64,000 nt of DNA from an uncultured bacterium (GCA_963777505.1 CAVZQN010000004.1:1760001-1824000), one strand, 5' to 3'. Positions 21,547-32,257 are shown, counted from the stretch's first letter. Translations and numbers: made by a program. The notes: generated by a model not told the origin, from the sequence alone.

Positions 21547-22373
21547 TTGTGTCGCCTGAATTTCAAAACAGAGTCGTACTGGTTGCGGGATTAAGCAGCA
21601 ATCTTGGCCGCGCAACAGCTCAGACGTTCGGCCGTGAAGGCGCCAAGTTGATACTGGCTGACAATAACGAAACAAATGTGATTCCAGTTATCGAATCAAT
21701 TCAAAAAAACGGCGGGGAAGCGACCTTCGAACAAACGGATCTAAAGTCAGAGAAAGACGTTGCAGCACTTTTGGATAAAATCATAAAGAATTACGGAAGA
21801 TTGGATGCAGCTTATAACGATGCTTCTGCCATTGAAGAAACGGATCCAGTGAAAATGCTTGCCGATGTTGAAGAAAACGATTGGGATCGGTTGATCGAAA
21901 CACACTTGAAGACAATTTGGATTTGTATGAAGTATGAATTGATGAACATGCGGCCCCGACCAGGATGTACGATTGTGAATTCATCTTCTGTGCTGGGCCG
22001 TTCCGGGCATGCAGGACATTCGGTATACAGTGCAGCTCAACATGGTGTAATTGGTTTGACCCAGGCGGCCGCGCGTCAATATGGGCCGTTAGGAATTCGG
22101 ATCAATGCAGTGTGTCCTGCATTACAAGCACCGGTGGAGTCAGTTGTAGATGCAATCGTCTGGCTAAGTTCGAGCAGGTCTTCATTCGTAAGCGGCCAGG
22201 CGATTGTGATTACAGGCGGAGTCTTGATTTACCGCAAAGTCTTACAAGAATTGGCCGCGGCGAACTCTCGCAACTTCTTTTCTGGCTTCACTGATTTCTT
22301 TAATACTATGCAACAGTTTTTCGTAAAGTCGCGCATTATTAATTGCCAGCGCCGCATGCTGCCCAACTCGTGA
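21543..22373 (+). CDS. Degenerate SDR paralog (true end probably near 22231)
   Basis: AGLSSNLG, YNDA, YSAAQ; ATGA overlap with the previous SDR; homology ends at GGVLI. Confidence 0.75.
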   Translation: MIVSPEFQNRVVLVAGLSSNLGRATAQTFGREGAKLILADNNETNVIPVIESIQKNGGEATFEQTDLKSEKDVAALLDKIIKNYGRLDAAYNDASAIEETDPVKMLADVEENDWDRLIETHLKTIWICMKYELMNMRPRPGCTIVNSSSVLGRSGHAGHSVYSAAQHGVIGLTQAAARQYGPLGIRINAVCPALQAPVESVVDAIVWLSSSRSSFVSGQAIVITGGVLIYRKVLQELAAANSRNFFSGFTDFFNTMQQFFVKSRIINCQRRMLPNS

Positions 22374-23718
22374 CAACGACTGCTTATCAGCCTCCCGGAA
22401 TCGTTTTGGATCAGAAGCTGCAAGTTCAAGCGAGCCTACCATTTTGTCCTGGATGACAAGCGGTACCGAAATCCAGCAGCGTATTTCTTGACCTGTGATT
22501 CCTGTTAATAGCTGAAACTCGGGCTGTGATGGCTCTCCGGTCATCAACACGGGTTCATGACGGCGTGATGTCCATTGACGGAGTAACGCATGGGAGAGTG
22601 TTGATTCCGTAAAAATGTTTCCCGAATAACAAAAGCCGTTCAATGTAGATGCTTTTTCATCTAACAAAAACAAAAACGCAGAGTCAGCTTCGAACGTCGA
22701 ACAACATTCATCCAGAGTTGTATGAAACATCGTTTTCGGTTCGAGCGTAGCGGTAATTTTACGGTGCATCTGACTCAACCTGGTCTCGCGCATGTAAACC
22801 CGCTCGCGATCAAAATGAAGCTGTGCATTCATGATTGTGAGCAGCAAAATGTGAGCAAAAATTGTAACGAGATAAAGCTCATGTTCTTCGAAGGGCTCAC
22901 CGTTCCATTTGTTGTTTGCGTTCAATACTCCGATCACTCGACTCCCTGCTTTTACTGGAACACAAACGAGAGACTTGCTGGAGTACTGTTCGAAGTAAGG
23001 TGATTCTGCAAAGTTTTCATCTTTTTGTACATTCTTGACATAGAGGGGTTTACCTTCTCTGGCAACCCAACCTGATATTCCTTCGCCAAGACGCTTCACA
23101 GTGTTGCGAATTATTGATTCACTTAACCCTTTGGCTGCTTTAATTCTCAACTCACCTGTCCGCGAATCGAGCAGCATCAGGGATACGGTTTCCACTTGAA
23201 GGACATCTGCAAGCAAGTCCACAATACTTTGAAGTAAATCATCCTGATCAAACGTAAACTGAGCCGGAAGATTTTCTTGAAGCGGAACAGAGATCCGGGC
23301 AATGCCATCTTCAAGATGTTCGAAGTCGCGGCGAGTATCCACAACTCTCTGCCTGTACTCCTGCATCTGAATCGCAATATCCATAATGTGCTCTAGATCA
23401 GTTGTATTCAGTGGAGTTGTCAGATTCCAGAATGCGCCACGCTTCACCATATCTCTGCCAATCTTTACCATGTTCGCTGGCGTATAAACGACGACGGGCA
23501 CATCTGGAGCGCCTTCACGAATGGCTAAGAAATGTAGCCTCACCTGCGGTGCGTCGCAATGTACCATTCAAAAGGATCAAGGCAGGCGGATCTTTTGCGC
23601 ATTGATCTAAAATTCGTTCAATGGTGGTTTCATTAATGATTCGCCAATCCTTACGGAATAAATCTTCAAGAAGCTTCAAACTAAATGGATCATCATCAAC
23701 TAACAATAGTTTCTTCAT
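22242..23718 (-). CDS. Pseudo-receiver-GAF-GAF signalling protein (frameshift near 23527)
   Basis: LLLVDDD receiver start; GEGISGWVAREG and SLVCVP (GAF1); ISVPL...AINNARLY (GAF2); no output domain. Confidence 0.8.
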
Positions 23719-24503
23719 AGAAACGTATCCTTTGTTAGACCATTCTCAAGGTAAAGGCCGGAAATTGACTCAGGGGGAGTTAAGTCAAAATAGAAGTTAT
23801 TAATGCTGATACCTTCCTTACCAGCGTAGATTTGATCCCCCAATCCCTGGCGAAGCAATAAAATATCTTCCCAATTCTCAGCAAATTTTTCGGAAGTGGC
23901 GATAAAATCCGTCTTCTTGCCGATAGTTCTAGCGGCAAACGCCAAAGCCGATGTTCCTATCTTGTTCACAATTCCTTTTTTTGTCAATGCATCACATCCA
24001 AAGGCTAACGCATCTACGTGTCTTATCAGTGAGAATGCTCCCATGTCAGTTGTCAGAGTTACCCGATGGCCTGCTCGAGAAATCTGTTCAGCAAGCAGAA
24101 CCCCTTCAAAAGAAGGGCGGCTTTCAGTGCAAATCACCTCAATATGTTTATTCATTTGTTGAAAAGACTTAAGCAGAAGCCCACTATTTGAATGAACCAG
24201 TACCCGGTTATATCCTTGCAGATGAGCCGCAAACATTCGGCAAGCTGAGCTTTCATGTTCCCTGTAGCTATCGAACCAGGAATCAAGGGTGTTTTCAGAG
24301 ATTCCTTTAGATTCAAGATGCTTTTTTAGATTGAGAAGGGCTGCCATGGACGAATGCGTGTGGCAGAGTAAATTGAATTCAGCCATGATTTCATCCGGTT
24401 TGTGTCCTGCTTTTAGGGATTGGCGTAAAACTTCTGCTGTTTGAAGAAGAATTTCTGAGGAGCCCGAAGTTACGTCGGCAATCAAATTCTGGATAGAAAT
24501 CAT
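23715..24503 (-). CDS. eIF-2B alpha/beta/delta family (R15P isomerase-like) protein
   Basis: SGSSE, VLVHSNS, ESRPSFEG, GCDAL, VNKIGT, YFDLTP. Confidence 0.85.
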   Translation of the reverse strand: MISIQNLIADVTSGSSEILLQTAEVLRQSLKAGHKPDEIMAEFNLLCHTHSSMAALLNLKKHLESKGISENTLDSWFDSYREHESSACRMFAAHLQGYNRVLVHSNSGLLLKSFQQMNKHIEVICTESRPSFEGVLLAEQISRAGHRVTLTTDMGAFSLIRHVDALAFGCDALTKKGIVNKIGTSALAFAARTIGKKTDFIATSEKFAENWEDILLLRQGLGDQIYAGKEGISINNFYFDLTPPESISGLYLENGLTKDTFL

Positions 24504-24621
24504 AGGAAAGGCTAAAGTATAACAAACCTCAGCTTGTATAAATGGGCCTAACTGGACTACAATGACGCACTTTACTACAATAAGAAGACACTAACTGGGT
24601 GATTTTGAGGAATACAAAAGA

Positions 24622-26144
24622 ATGAAAGTAATCTTATTCGTCCCGCCGGGAGGCTATTTCGCTGAGCGCTGGAGTCAGGGCTCAACGATGCCGAACCTGG
24701 GTATTTTATATATTGCCGCTGTTCTTGAACAGGATGGTGTTGAAGTTCAGGTCATACCTGCAGACGTGTTAGGGATGACTTTTGAGCAGATAACAAAAAT
24801 TATCCTGGATGAGAGACCGGATGTCGTTGGTATCACCGTTACGACAGAAAACAGGTTTGACGCATTCGAACTAGCAAAAGTTTCGAAACAAGTTCTCCCT
24901 TCAGCGATGACAGTCATTGGTGGTCCGCATTGCACGCATACCGCCGATGACACTTTAAAACATTTACCCTACGTCGATGTTGTTGTTCGAAATGAGGGCG
25001 AAGAAACGATGTCTGAATTGGTAAAAGCAATTCAGGCGGGTGGCGATCTCAGCAAAGTTACTGGAATTTCTTATCATGATTCGGAAGGAAATACGGTTCA
25101 TAATCCTACACGCATTTACATTAAGGATCTGAATGATCTTCCGTATCCCGCGCGTCATCTTGTACCTTTGGATAAATACAATTTCCAGATGGATGTTCCA
25201 GGCCATGGATTCCTTCCAGCTGCGTCCGTAATAACAAGCCGCGGCTGTCCCTTCTCATGCACATTCTGCGCTACTCCTGGAAATTGGGGAAGAAAAGTAC
25301 GCGCACATACACCTGAATATGTGCTTGGATGAAATTCAGTATTGCATGGATACATATGATGCAAAGGCAATCTGGTTTTACGATGACATCTTTAATTTCA
25401 ATCCAAAAAGGGTGAATGAGATTTGCGATATGATCCTGAAACGCAAGATGAACTTCAAGTGGTTCTGCGAAATTCGCGTGGATGTTATGACGAAACCGTT
25501 GCTTGCAAAAATGGCAGAGGCTGGTCTTGTTCCATCTTGGATTTGGTGTTGAAGCGGGTTCGGAACGCGTTCGAAAGCAGATCATCGATAAGAAGCTTGA
25601 TTTGGATCAAGCACGTAATGTTGTGGATTGGAGCAATGAACTTGGTGTTGTACCAAATCCATTCTTTATTTTCAGTCATCCAACTGAAACGTGGGAAGAA
25701 GCGCAGGAAACAATCCAGATCATGGAAGAGTTCAGGGATAAGACGGAACAGAGTATTGCGATTATGCACGTTTATCCAGGAACGCCGCTTGAAAAAACAG
25801 CCCGCGAAATGGGACTTCTACCACCAGATTTTACGTGGACGCGCAAATATGATCGTCGCATTATTACATTGCCGGCGGCGCAGGGAGATGTCCCGCTGTT
25901 TATCGACAAACTGACTTGGTGGCAAATCAGTGAATTGTTGTTCCGGTGGTCCGATTTCCGAAGAAAGAAATACCGTATCTGGAACAAAATTCCTAAAGCG
26001 CTGCAGAGCATTCATAGCTATGGAGATTTCAAGCGATACTTCATCATGTTCCTTGTATATATGAAGGTGAAGGTGCTTGGTCAATTCGCTACAAGTCCCA
26101 AGGTGAGCTCAATTCCAAACGGTCCTACCGCTTTTAACGCATAA
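24622..26144 (+). CDS. B12-binding radical SAM protein (frameshifts near 25328 and 25530)
   Basis: PNLGILYIAA, GGPH, EGE, TSRGCPFSCTFC, YDDIF, GVEAGS and YPGTP across three ORFs. Confidence 0.9.
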
Positions 26145-26156
26145 ATCTGTGCCTTT

Positions 26157-26564
26157 GTGGTAAAGAAAATACGCGAGTCAACAAATATTTGTTTTGCTTG
26201 CGGTCCTGCAAATTCACAAGGGTTGCGTTTGAAATTCTCTTACAGTCCGGAACGCCATTCCGTTATCTGCCATCTCAGTCTCGAACCACAATTTACGGGA
26301 GCCACTGGTTTTGCACATGGCGGAATCATCGCTACTTTGCTTGATGAGGCGATGGCAAAATCGAATGGTTTAGGCGGCACACGCGCCGTCACTTTGCGGC
26401 TTGAAGCAAATTATCGCAAAATGGTTCCCATTCAAAAGCAACTTGTGTTAACCGGGTGGCGGACTGCGAAAAAAGGCCGCAAACTTTTCCTGCGCTCCCA
26501 ATTGAAGGATGCAAAAGGAACCATTCTCGCGGAAGGGAAAGGACTATTCCTGAAGATGGAATGA
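26157..26564 (+). CDS. PaaI family thioesterase
   Basis: CFACGPANSQGL, HGGIIATLLDE. Confidence 0.9.
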   Translation: MVKKIRESTNICFACGPANSQGLRLKFSYSPERHSVICHLSLEPQFTGATGFAHGGIIATLLDEAMAKSNGLGGTRAVTLRLEANYRKMVPIQKQLVLTGWRTAKKGRKLFLRSQLKDAKGTILAEGKGLFLKME

Positions 26565-26614
26565 AGTACGAATGTTCCGAATAGCGATTTACGAATCGTA
26601 CGAATTATGAGCTC
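26564..26614. repeat. TACGAAT-type heptamer array, left arm
   Basis: AAGTACGAAT...CGAATAGCGA...CGAATTATGAGCTC; inverted counterpart at 28194-28234. Confidence 0.65.
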
Positions 26615-26645
26615 CTGACAAAATAGCAATGCAATGGAATCGAAC

Positions 26646-28175
26646 ATGAAAAATAGAATCGTTTTGCTTGCTCTGATCTTAATTTGTTTTACGCAGTTGA
26701 TTGCTGCGCAAGAATCACAAACTCAAGAAACCAGGAAAGAGAATTCAGGTCCGAAAGAGTTTGTTACACATCATAAAGTTCAGATCGAGAATCAATCTGT
26801 TAGCTATTCAGCAGTTTCAGGCGAAATTATTCTCAAAGATGAAGATGGCGCACCGAAAGCAAGCGTCTTTACGATTTCTTATCTAAAGGATGGAACCCGG
26901 GATCTATCAACTCGTCCAATTACATTCTTTTTTAATGGTGGACCCGGCTCCAGCGCTGTATGGCTGCATTTAGGAGCTTTTGGGCCCAAACGTCTTAATC
27001 TATCCAGTGATCCTGTAAATCCAGGAGCTCCTCCATATCAACTGATCGATAATACTCACACTCTGCTTCCGTATTCTGATCTTGTTTTTGTTGATCCGAT
27101 TGGAACTGGATTTAGCAAAGCGCTTGGCAAAAGCAAAGATAAGGATTATTGGGGAGTTGATGAAGATTCTAAATCGTTGGCGGAGTTTATTCGCGCTTAT
27201 ATATCCAAAAACAAACGTTGGAACTCTCCAAAATTTTTGGCAGGGGAAAGTTACGGAACAATTCGGGTCAGTGCACTTGTCAGAGATCTTCAACTCAAAT
27301 TGCTGGATAGCGTCACCTTGAATGGTGTCATCCTGATTTCCACCGCAGTTGATGTAAGGACTTTCCTGGATGCAGGCCCCGGAAATGAGCTTCCATATAT
27401 TACAAATCTCCCAACATATGCCGCAACAGCTTACTTTCACAATGTGCTGCCGCAGCGTCCAGACAATCTGGAAAAATTTCTTGATGATGCACGCGCATTT
27501 GCAAGCACGGAATATCTTGAAGCATTGTTTATGGGCGATTCATTGCCGGAAGATCGAGCGCGCGAAATCATAAACAAGCTGCATTTCTTTACAGGCTTAA
27601 AAAAAGATTTTTTACAACGTTCACATTTTCGCGTTGAAACCAGTAGATTTTTGAAAGAGCTCCTTCGCGATCGCGGACAAACTCTCGCCGTTCATGACAC
27701 ACGATTTCTAGGCAAAGATGAAGACGACGCCGGAGAGACTGTTGCTCTGGATCCATTTTTGTTTGGAATTGCAGGGCCTTTTGTGTCTGCTATGAACAAC
27801 TATCTTTCCACCGATCTTGGTGTGAAGATCGAAGAACCATACAAGACATTTTCAATAGAAGCAGCTCAAAGTTGGAAAAGAGCAGGGGACAGCAATGGAG
27901 TGTTTGATGGATTTCTCCATAATGGATCGAACCTTTCCGCTGCTGCATCGACAAATAAAGACTTTCGATTGTTCGTTGCAAGCGGACTTCATGATCTCAC
28001 CACCACATTTTATGGCAGTGAATACATTTTTAATCACACAGGAATCGATAAAAGCCGCATCACATTAAAGAATTATTACGGCGGACATATGATGTATCTT
28101 TATGGTCCATCGCTTGAACAGCTTGTGAATGATATTGGTAAATTTATCAGCGATGGAGCGAAAGCAGAGAAGTAG
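26646..28175 (+). CDS. Secreted S10 serine carboxypeptidase
   Basis: Signal peptide; FNGGPGSS, DPIGTGFS, GESYG, GHMMY. Confidence 0.93.
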   Translation: MKNRIVLLALILICFTQLIAAQESQTQETRKENSGPKEFVTHHKVQIENQSVSYSAVSGEIILKDEDGAPKASVFTISYLKDGTRDLSTRPITFFFNGGPGSSAVWLHLGAFGPKRLNLSSDPVNPGAPPYQLIDNTHTLLPYSDLVFVDPIGTGFSKALGKSKDKDYWGVDEDSKSLAEFIRAYISKNKRWNSPKFLAGESYGTIRVSALVRDLQLKLLDSVTLNGVILISTAVDVRTFLDAGPGNELPYITNLPTYAATAYFHNVLPQRPDNLEKFLDDARAFASTEYLEALFMGDSLPEDRAREIINKLHFFTGLKKDFLQRSHFRVETSRFLKELLRDRGQTLAVHDTRFLGKDEDDAGETVALDPFLFGIAGPFVSAMNNYLSTDLGVKIEEPYKTFSIEAAQSWKRAGDSNGVFDGFLHNGSNLSAAASTNKDFRLFVASGLHDLTTTFYGSEYIFNHTGIDKSRITLKNYYGGHMMYLYGPSLEQLVNDIGKFISDGAKAEK

Positions 28176-28193
28176 TGCTGAGAAATGAGTGCT

Positions 28194-28234
28194 GAGCTTC
28201 GTAATTCGGAGTTCGCTATTCGTTAATCGTACTT
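28194..28234. repeat. Heptamer array, right arm (inverted)
   Basis: Reverse complement AAGTACGATTAACGAATAGCGAACTCCGAATTACGAAGCTC resembles the left arm. Confidence 0.65.
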
Positions 28235-28244
28235 CTCTTCTTTA

Positions 28245-28320
28245 GGAGCCGGCGAGATGCGAGCGTTACAAATCTTGCAGCGCCGGTGGGACAAATCTGT
28301 TGCAAGATGCCGGCGTTACA
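28245..28320. repeat. Degenerate REP-like remnants
   Basis: AGATGCGAGCGTTACA and AGATGCCGGCGTTACA, plus TGCAGCGCCGG, between convergent genes. Confidence 0.45.
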
Positions 28321-29551
28321 AATCCTTTTTTTCTTTTTCAAGTTTAATCTGATCTTCTTCCAGGCTTTTGGCTCCCATTAATAGAATCAGTCCACCGGCA
28401 AAAATTGCTACAGGTCCGATAAGCACGCCGAAAGTTAGGGAGCCTGTCATATCTGAGACTTTTCCAATCACCCATGTTGAGATTGCATCACCAAGCACAT
28501 GAATAAACAAAATGTTCAACGCCATTGCAGTTGCCCGCATTTTTGAATGAACTACGCTGATGATTGCAGCATTCAGCGGGCTCATATTAAAAAACAAAAA
28601 GAATTCTGCGAGAAATACGATAGGAAAAACCCATGCACGATCTTGAATTACAATCGCCGCGATAGCGAGAGGTGCAGCAATCAACATTCCCAAAGACGCA
28701 ACATAAAAGTAGGATCTTCGACTTTTGTGTTGCCATAAATCAGCAATAAACCCGCCGAAAAGAGTTCCAGTCACGCCTGCAATTACAGTAATCGCTCCAA
28801 AAAATTGCGTCGCTGAAGTGATCTCCCATCCACGCATGCGAGATAAAAAGGTTGGAAACCAATACGCTAACCCTCCTGTTGCGAAGGTCAGTGCTGCGGT
28901 TCCAAACAGATTGTAACGATACGACGGTGTGCGCTTCAGAAATCTTAGAGTTTCGGCCGCAGAAGGGTTTTCAATATGTTGAGCCGGACGCGAAGGCTCT
29001 TTCATGAATAGAGCAAGTACTGAAAGAATCAGCCCTGGAATTGCTGCAACAAGAAATGCAGTGCGCCATCCATAGTGATGTCCTAATACACCTCCGGCCA
29101 TTAATCCGATTGCGCTGCCAAGCGGTGTGCCAATAAAGTAAACGGAGAGCATTCGCGATCGTACATTTTCTGAGTAGTAATCATTGATGATTGTCGGCGC
29201 AACAGGCCCATATCCCGCTTCTCCAATTCCAACCATTCCCCGAATTCCCAGAAGCTGGCCATAACTTCGCGCAACGCCTGATAAAGCTGTTGCGATGCTC
29301 CAGACAAAAACTGCAGCGCTTGCAAGCCACTTCCGAACCGTACGATCACCAAGAAATCCGAGAAATGGCGCAGCCAGTACGTAGCTGAATGTAAAAGCAG
29401 TATGAAGCAATCCAAGTTGCTCGTCACTGAGGTTAAGATCGGCCTGAATCAGAGGCAGCAAAGCTGAGATGATGAAACGGTCAAGATAATTGACAAGGTT
29501 CATGGACGTTAGAATCACAAGACCATAAACCTTCATCTTGTTTGAGATCAT
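28316..29551 (-). CDS. MFS transporter, spinster-like
   Basis: NLVNYLDR, GFLGDR, RGMVGIGEA, HVLGDA; about 12 TM segments. Confidence 0.92.
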   Translation of the reverse strand: MISNKMKVYGLVILTSMNLVNYLDRFIISALLPLIQADLNLSDEQLGLLHTAFTFSYVLAAPFLGFLGDRTVRKWLASAAVFVWSIATALSGVARSYGQLLGIRGMVGIGEAGYGPVAPTIINDYYSENVRSRMLSVYFIGTPLGSAIGLMAGGVLGHHYGWRTAFLVAAIPGLILSVLALFMKEPSRPAQHIENPSAAETLRFLKRTPSYRYNLFGTAALTFATGGLAYWFPTFLSRMRGWEITSATQFFGAITVIAGVTGTLFGGFIADLWQHKSRRSYFYVASLGMLIAAPLAIAAIVIQDRAWVFPIVFLAEFFLFFNMSPLNAAIISVVHSKMRATAMALNILFIHVLGDAISTWVIGKVSDMTGSLTFGVLIGPVAIFAGGLILLMGAKSLEEDQIKLEKEKKDL

Positions 29552-29641
29552 CGAAAGAATCTAACATAAAAATTATGAGGAATAGAACAATCTTTACTCG
29601 CCATTGAATCCGTATAAACTAAGGAATGAGGAGGAATCCCA

Positions 29642-30088
29642 GTGAAAAAACAGCATGTGGTTACGGTAACAGCCTGTTTTATCATGATTGTATTGAGCGC
29701 AGGGTTTGTACTGGCGCAAGCAGCAGACAGTCTTTACAAACGTCTTGGTGGTTATGATGCGATTGCAGCGGTAACGGATGACTTTATCGGCCGTCTTGCA
29801 ACCGATCCCCAACAGAGCCGGTTTTTTGTTGGACACAGTGATGACTCAAAGCAACGGATCCGCCAACACATTATTGATCAGCTCTGCCAGGTTACAGGTG
29901 GTCCTTGTATATATAAAGGCAGGGATATGAAGACCACACACAAAGGACTCGGTATTACGCAGGCAGATTGGGATAGTTCAGTCAAACATCTGGTTGCAAC
30001 GCTGGATAAATTCAAAGTTCCAGAGAAAGAAAAGAACGAAGTTCTGGCGGCGGTCTCAAGTCTAAAAGCCGATATCGTGGAAAAATAA
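29642..30088 (+). CDS. Group I truncated haemoglobin with signal peptide
   Basis: SLYKRLGG, TGGP..YKGRDM...H (proximal His); GAGGAGG RBS before GTG. Confidence 0.92.
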   Translation: MKKQHVVTVTACFIMIVLSAGFVLAQAADSLYKRLGGYDAIAAVTDDFIGRLATDPQQSRFFVGHSDDSKQRIRQHIIDQLCQVTGGPCIYKGRDMKTTHKGLGITQADWDSSVKHLVATLDKFKVPEKEKNEVLAAVSSLKADIVEK

Positions 30089-30104
30089 GCTTCAACCGTA
30101 TCAT

Positions 30105-30139
30105 GGGGCGCTCGTTTAAAGGGGCGCCTCTTTGTGTTT
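30105..30139 (+). terminator. Intrinsic terminator
   Basis: GGGGCGCTC / GGGCGCCTC stem followed by TTTGTGTTT. Confidence 0.65.
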
Positions 30140-30144
30140 AGCTC

Positions 30145-30215
30145 AACCGCCAAGACGCCAAAGCGCCAAGAAAATTCTTATTTATCTTAACTTAGCGTCA
30201 TGGCGGCTTGGCGGC
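30145..30215. repeat. Inverted CGCCAAG 8/9-mer repeats at a convergent junction
   Basis: ACCGCCAAGACGCCAAAGCGCCAAG and CTTAGCGTCATGGCGGCTTGGCGG. Confidence 0.65.
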
Positions 30216-31307
30216 TGAGTTCGGATTTCAGATCCCGGAAAGTAATGTGAAAGAATTTCCGTAAATGAAAAACCCTTCGCAGCTAAAATGTCTGCTCCAG
30301 TTTGACAAAAACCAACTCCATGGCCTTGTCCTCTTCCATGAAAAACATAACCATCTGAGGTTTGTGTCATCTCATAACTGTTGCCTGGTAGTTTGTTCCA
30401 TCCATAAGCTTGGCCAAGTCTTGTGCGAAAAACTTCCATTGGGAATTGCTTTTCTGTACTTTGAGTTGAAACGACAATCTTGTTAGCAACGCGATGCAGT
30501 TTTGCATTTGGAAATCCGCTGATCGCAGTCAACTCTTCAAAACTTAGAAATGTCTGCCACGGCGGCAATGCCTTAATACAAGGACAAGATACGGCTGTAA
30601 ATTCGTATGGCTGCGATTGTTCACCCCATGCATCTTTGAATGTAGCCGTTTGTCCACCGCAAGATCGCGAATAATAAGGCTTGAACAATTGATCGTGGTA
30701 CGTTAAAACGAGCGATGCGCTTTTTTGAACCGCACGTTGTATTTCAGGTGAGGGCTGGAGATTCTGAAATACCTGACAATGTGTTGTATCGCAAAAATCT
30801 GCATGTTTTTCGGGATGACGTCCACCTTCACTTAAGAATGACCTGCTTACAATTGCAAATGCCTCGATCGCTTCCGGCTCTTGAACCCCTCTTAACTCTG
30901 AAGAAATAACAGAACCTACAAAATCTTCGCTCGACAGTCGTAGTACTATACTTATAGTACTATTATAGAAGTGAAATTCAAACTGGCCGGAATAAGCGCG
31001 ATCCATTTTGTCGTCGATTTGAATCTGAACTTTGCAGACCTCGGGACAATCTAGCGAAAGGCGTTCTCCTGAAATCATGGAGGACTGCAGCGTTCGATTA
31101 GCTGCGCGAAGCTCGAATGTTTTGCCTGAAAGGATCGGCATCTCTGCGATCAGAATTGCGCAGCATTCCCGTGGCAGGCGACAGCAACGTCAAGCGAATT
31201 TGACGCGGTTGCAGGAGCGATAAGATTGAAACACGAACGTTCCGTTGATCAGAGTAAGCGATCACAGGGAAAAAAATGACGAACAAAAGAAAGCTTATTC
31301 TAAGCAT
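30182..31307 (-). CDS. SpoIID/LytB-domain secreted protein (frameshift near 31145)
   Basis: Signal peptide MLRISFLL; VISSE, CDTTHCQVF, SCGGQT, GRGQGHGVGFCQ, ILSHYFPG. Confidence 0.88.
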
Positions 31308-31315
31308 AAAAAGAA

Positions 31316-32257
31316 TTATCGGAGCGCGACTGTTTTCGCTTTGAATAACTCCAACCATGCAGCCAGGGCTCGTCCGCCATTTGGCGCCGCATCACTCGCG
31401 CCGCGTCCGTTTTGGACAAAAGTCATAATTGCAATATCCGGATCATCTGCAGGATAGAGCCCGATCCACCAACCCTGAGTGCGCGAGTAATCGGTTTTGC
31501 CATTCACGATCATCAATGATGTTCCCGTTTTACCAAGCATTTCGACACCTGAGGCACTTCTGGCAAGGCTTGACGTTCCATACATGGATCCTTCCAACAA
31601 TCCTTTCTGGATTAAAGTGCGAATCTCAACAGGAGGTACATATGATTTTCTGGATTGTGTTGCATCAGCTAACTTCCAGAGTGTTCCGCCATTAAAGATT
31701 GAGGAATACGCCCGCAGTAGTCGGAGCGGAGAGACTTTCCATTCCATCGTTGTTCCGGTCATGGCTTTGCGAATGAGTTGTGGGTTGTTCAAGCCTTCAC
31801 TTTGTTCGGATATTCCGAACTCTCGCAATACATCGATAAAAGTTTCTGTTGAGGTTTGTGCAGCCAGTTGCCGAAAATAAACATTGCACGAAAATGCCAC
31901 GGCTTTTTGGGCATCGACTGTCCCATGACCATTTCGATCCCAGCATCCCATTGAATCTCTTGCAGCAGAAGGCGGGCAATGGAATTCCGGAAATTTGCCT
32001 TCATGATTTTGTGCATACGCGATGAGTGTAAAAATTTTCATTAACGATCCAGGTGGATGCTTTTCTTTCAGGATGGGATTGGAGTTCAAAGAAGCTAAGA
32101 GAGTTCCATGATTTGGATCGATCATCACTGCAGAGCAGTTGCAGTTCTGTAATCGCTTCTCCAGGAGTTTTTGCAGCGCGGGGTTTTCTTGCGCACTTAA
32201 GGGAGTTAGAAAGAAAATGATCATGAATACAATCAGAAATTGGTTAGCGTACTTCAT
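31316..32257 (-). CDS. Stand-alone penicillin-binding transpeptidase-domain protein
   Basis: Signal peptide; PGSLMK (SxxK), SCN (SxN), KTG; ~313 aa with no transglycosylase domain. Confidence 0.88.
   Translation of the reverse strand: MKYANQFLIVFMIIFFLTPLSAQENPALQKLLEKRLQNCNCSAVMIDPNHGTLLASLNSNPILKEKHPPGSLMKIFTLIAYAQNHEGKFPEFHCPPSAARDSMGCWDRNGHGTVDAQKAVAFSCNVYFRQLAAQTSTETFIDVLREFGISEQSEGLNNPQLIRKAMTGTTMEWKVSPLRLLRAYSSIFNGGTLWKLADATQSRKSYVPPVEIRTLIQKGLLEGSMYGTSSLARSASGVEMLGKTGTSLMIVNGKTDYSRTQGWWIGLYPADDPDIAIMTFVQNGRGASDAAPNGGRALAAWLELFKAKTVALR

Noticed and set aside
22229-22373. Long convergent overlap of the third SDR with the GAF gene
   Set aside because: SDR homology ends at GGVLI; ATTTACCGCAAAG is probably ATTTAACCGCAAAG missing one A (compare TAACCGCAAAG at 52580).
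25319-25552. Split genes as programmed frameshifts (radical SAM, RNDs, M64, TPR)
   Set aside because: No consistent slippery sites; scattered indels in unrelated genes point to sequencing error.
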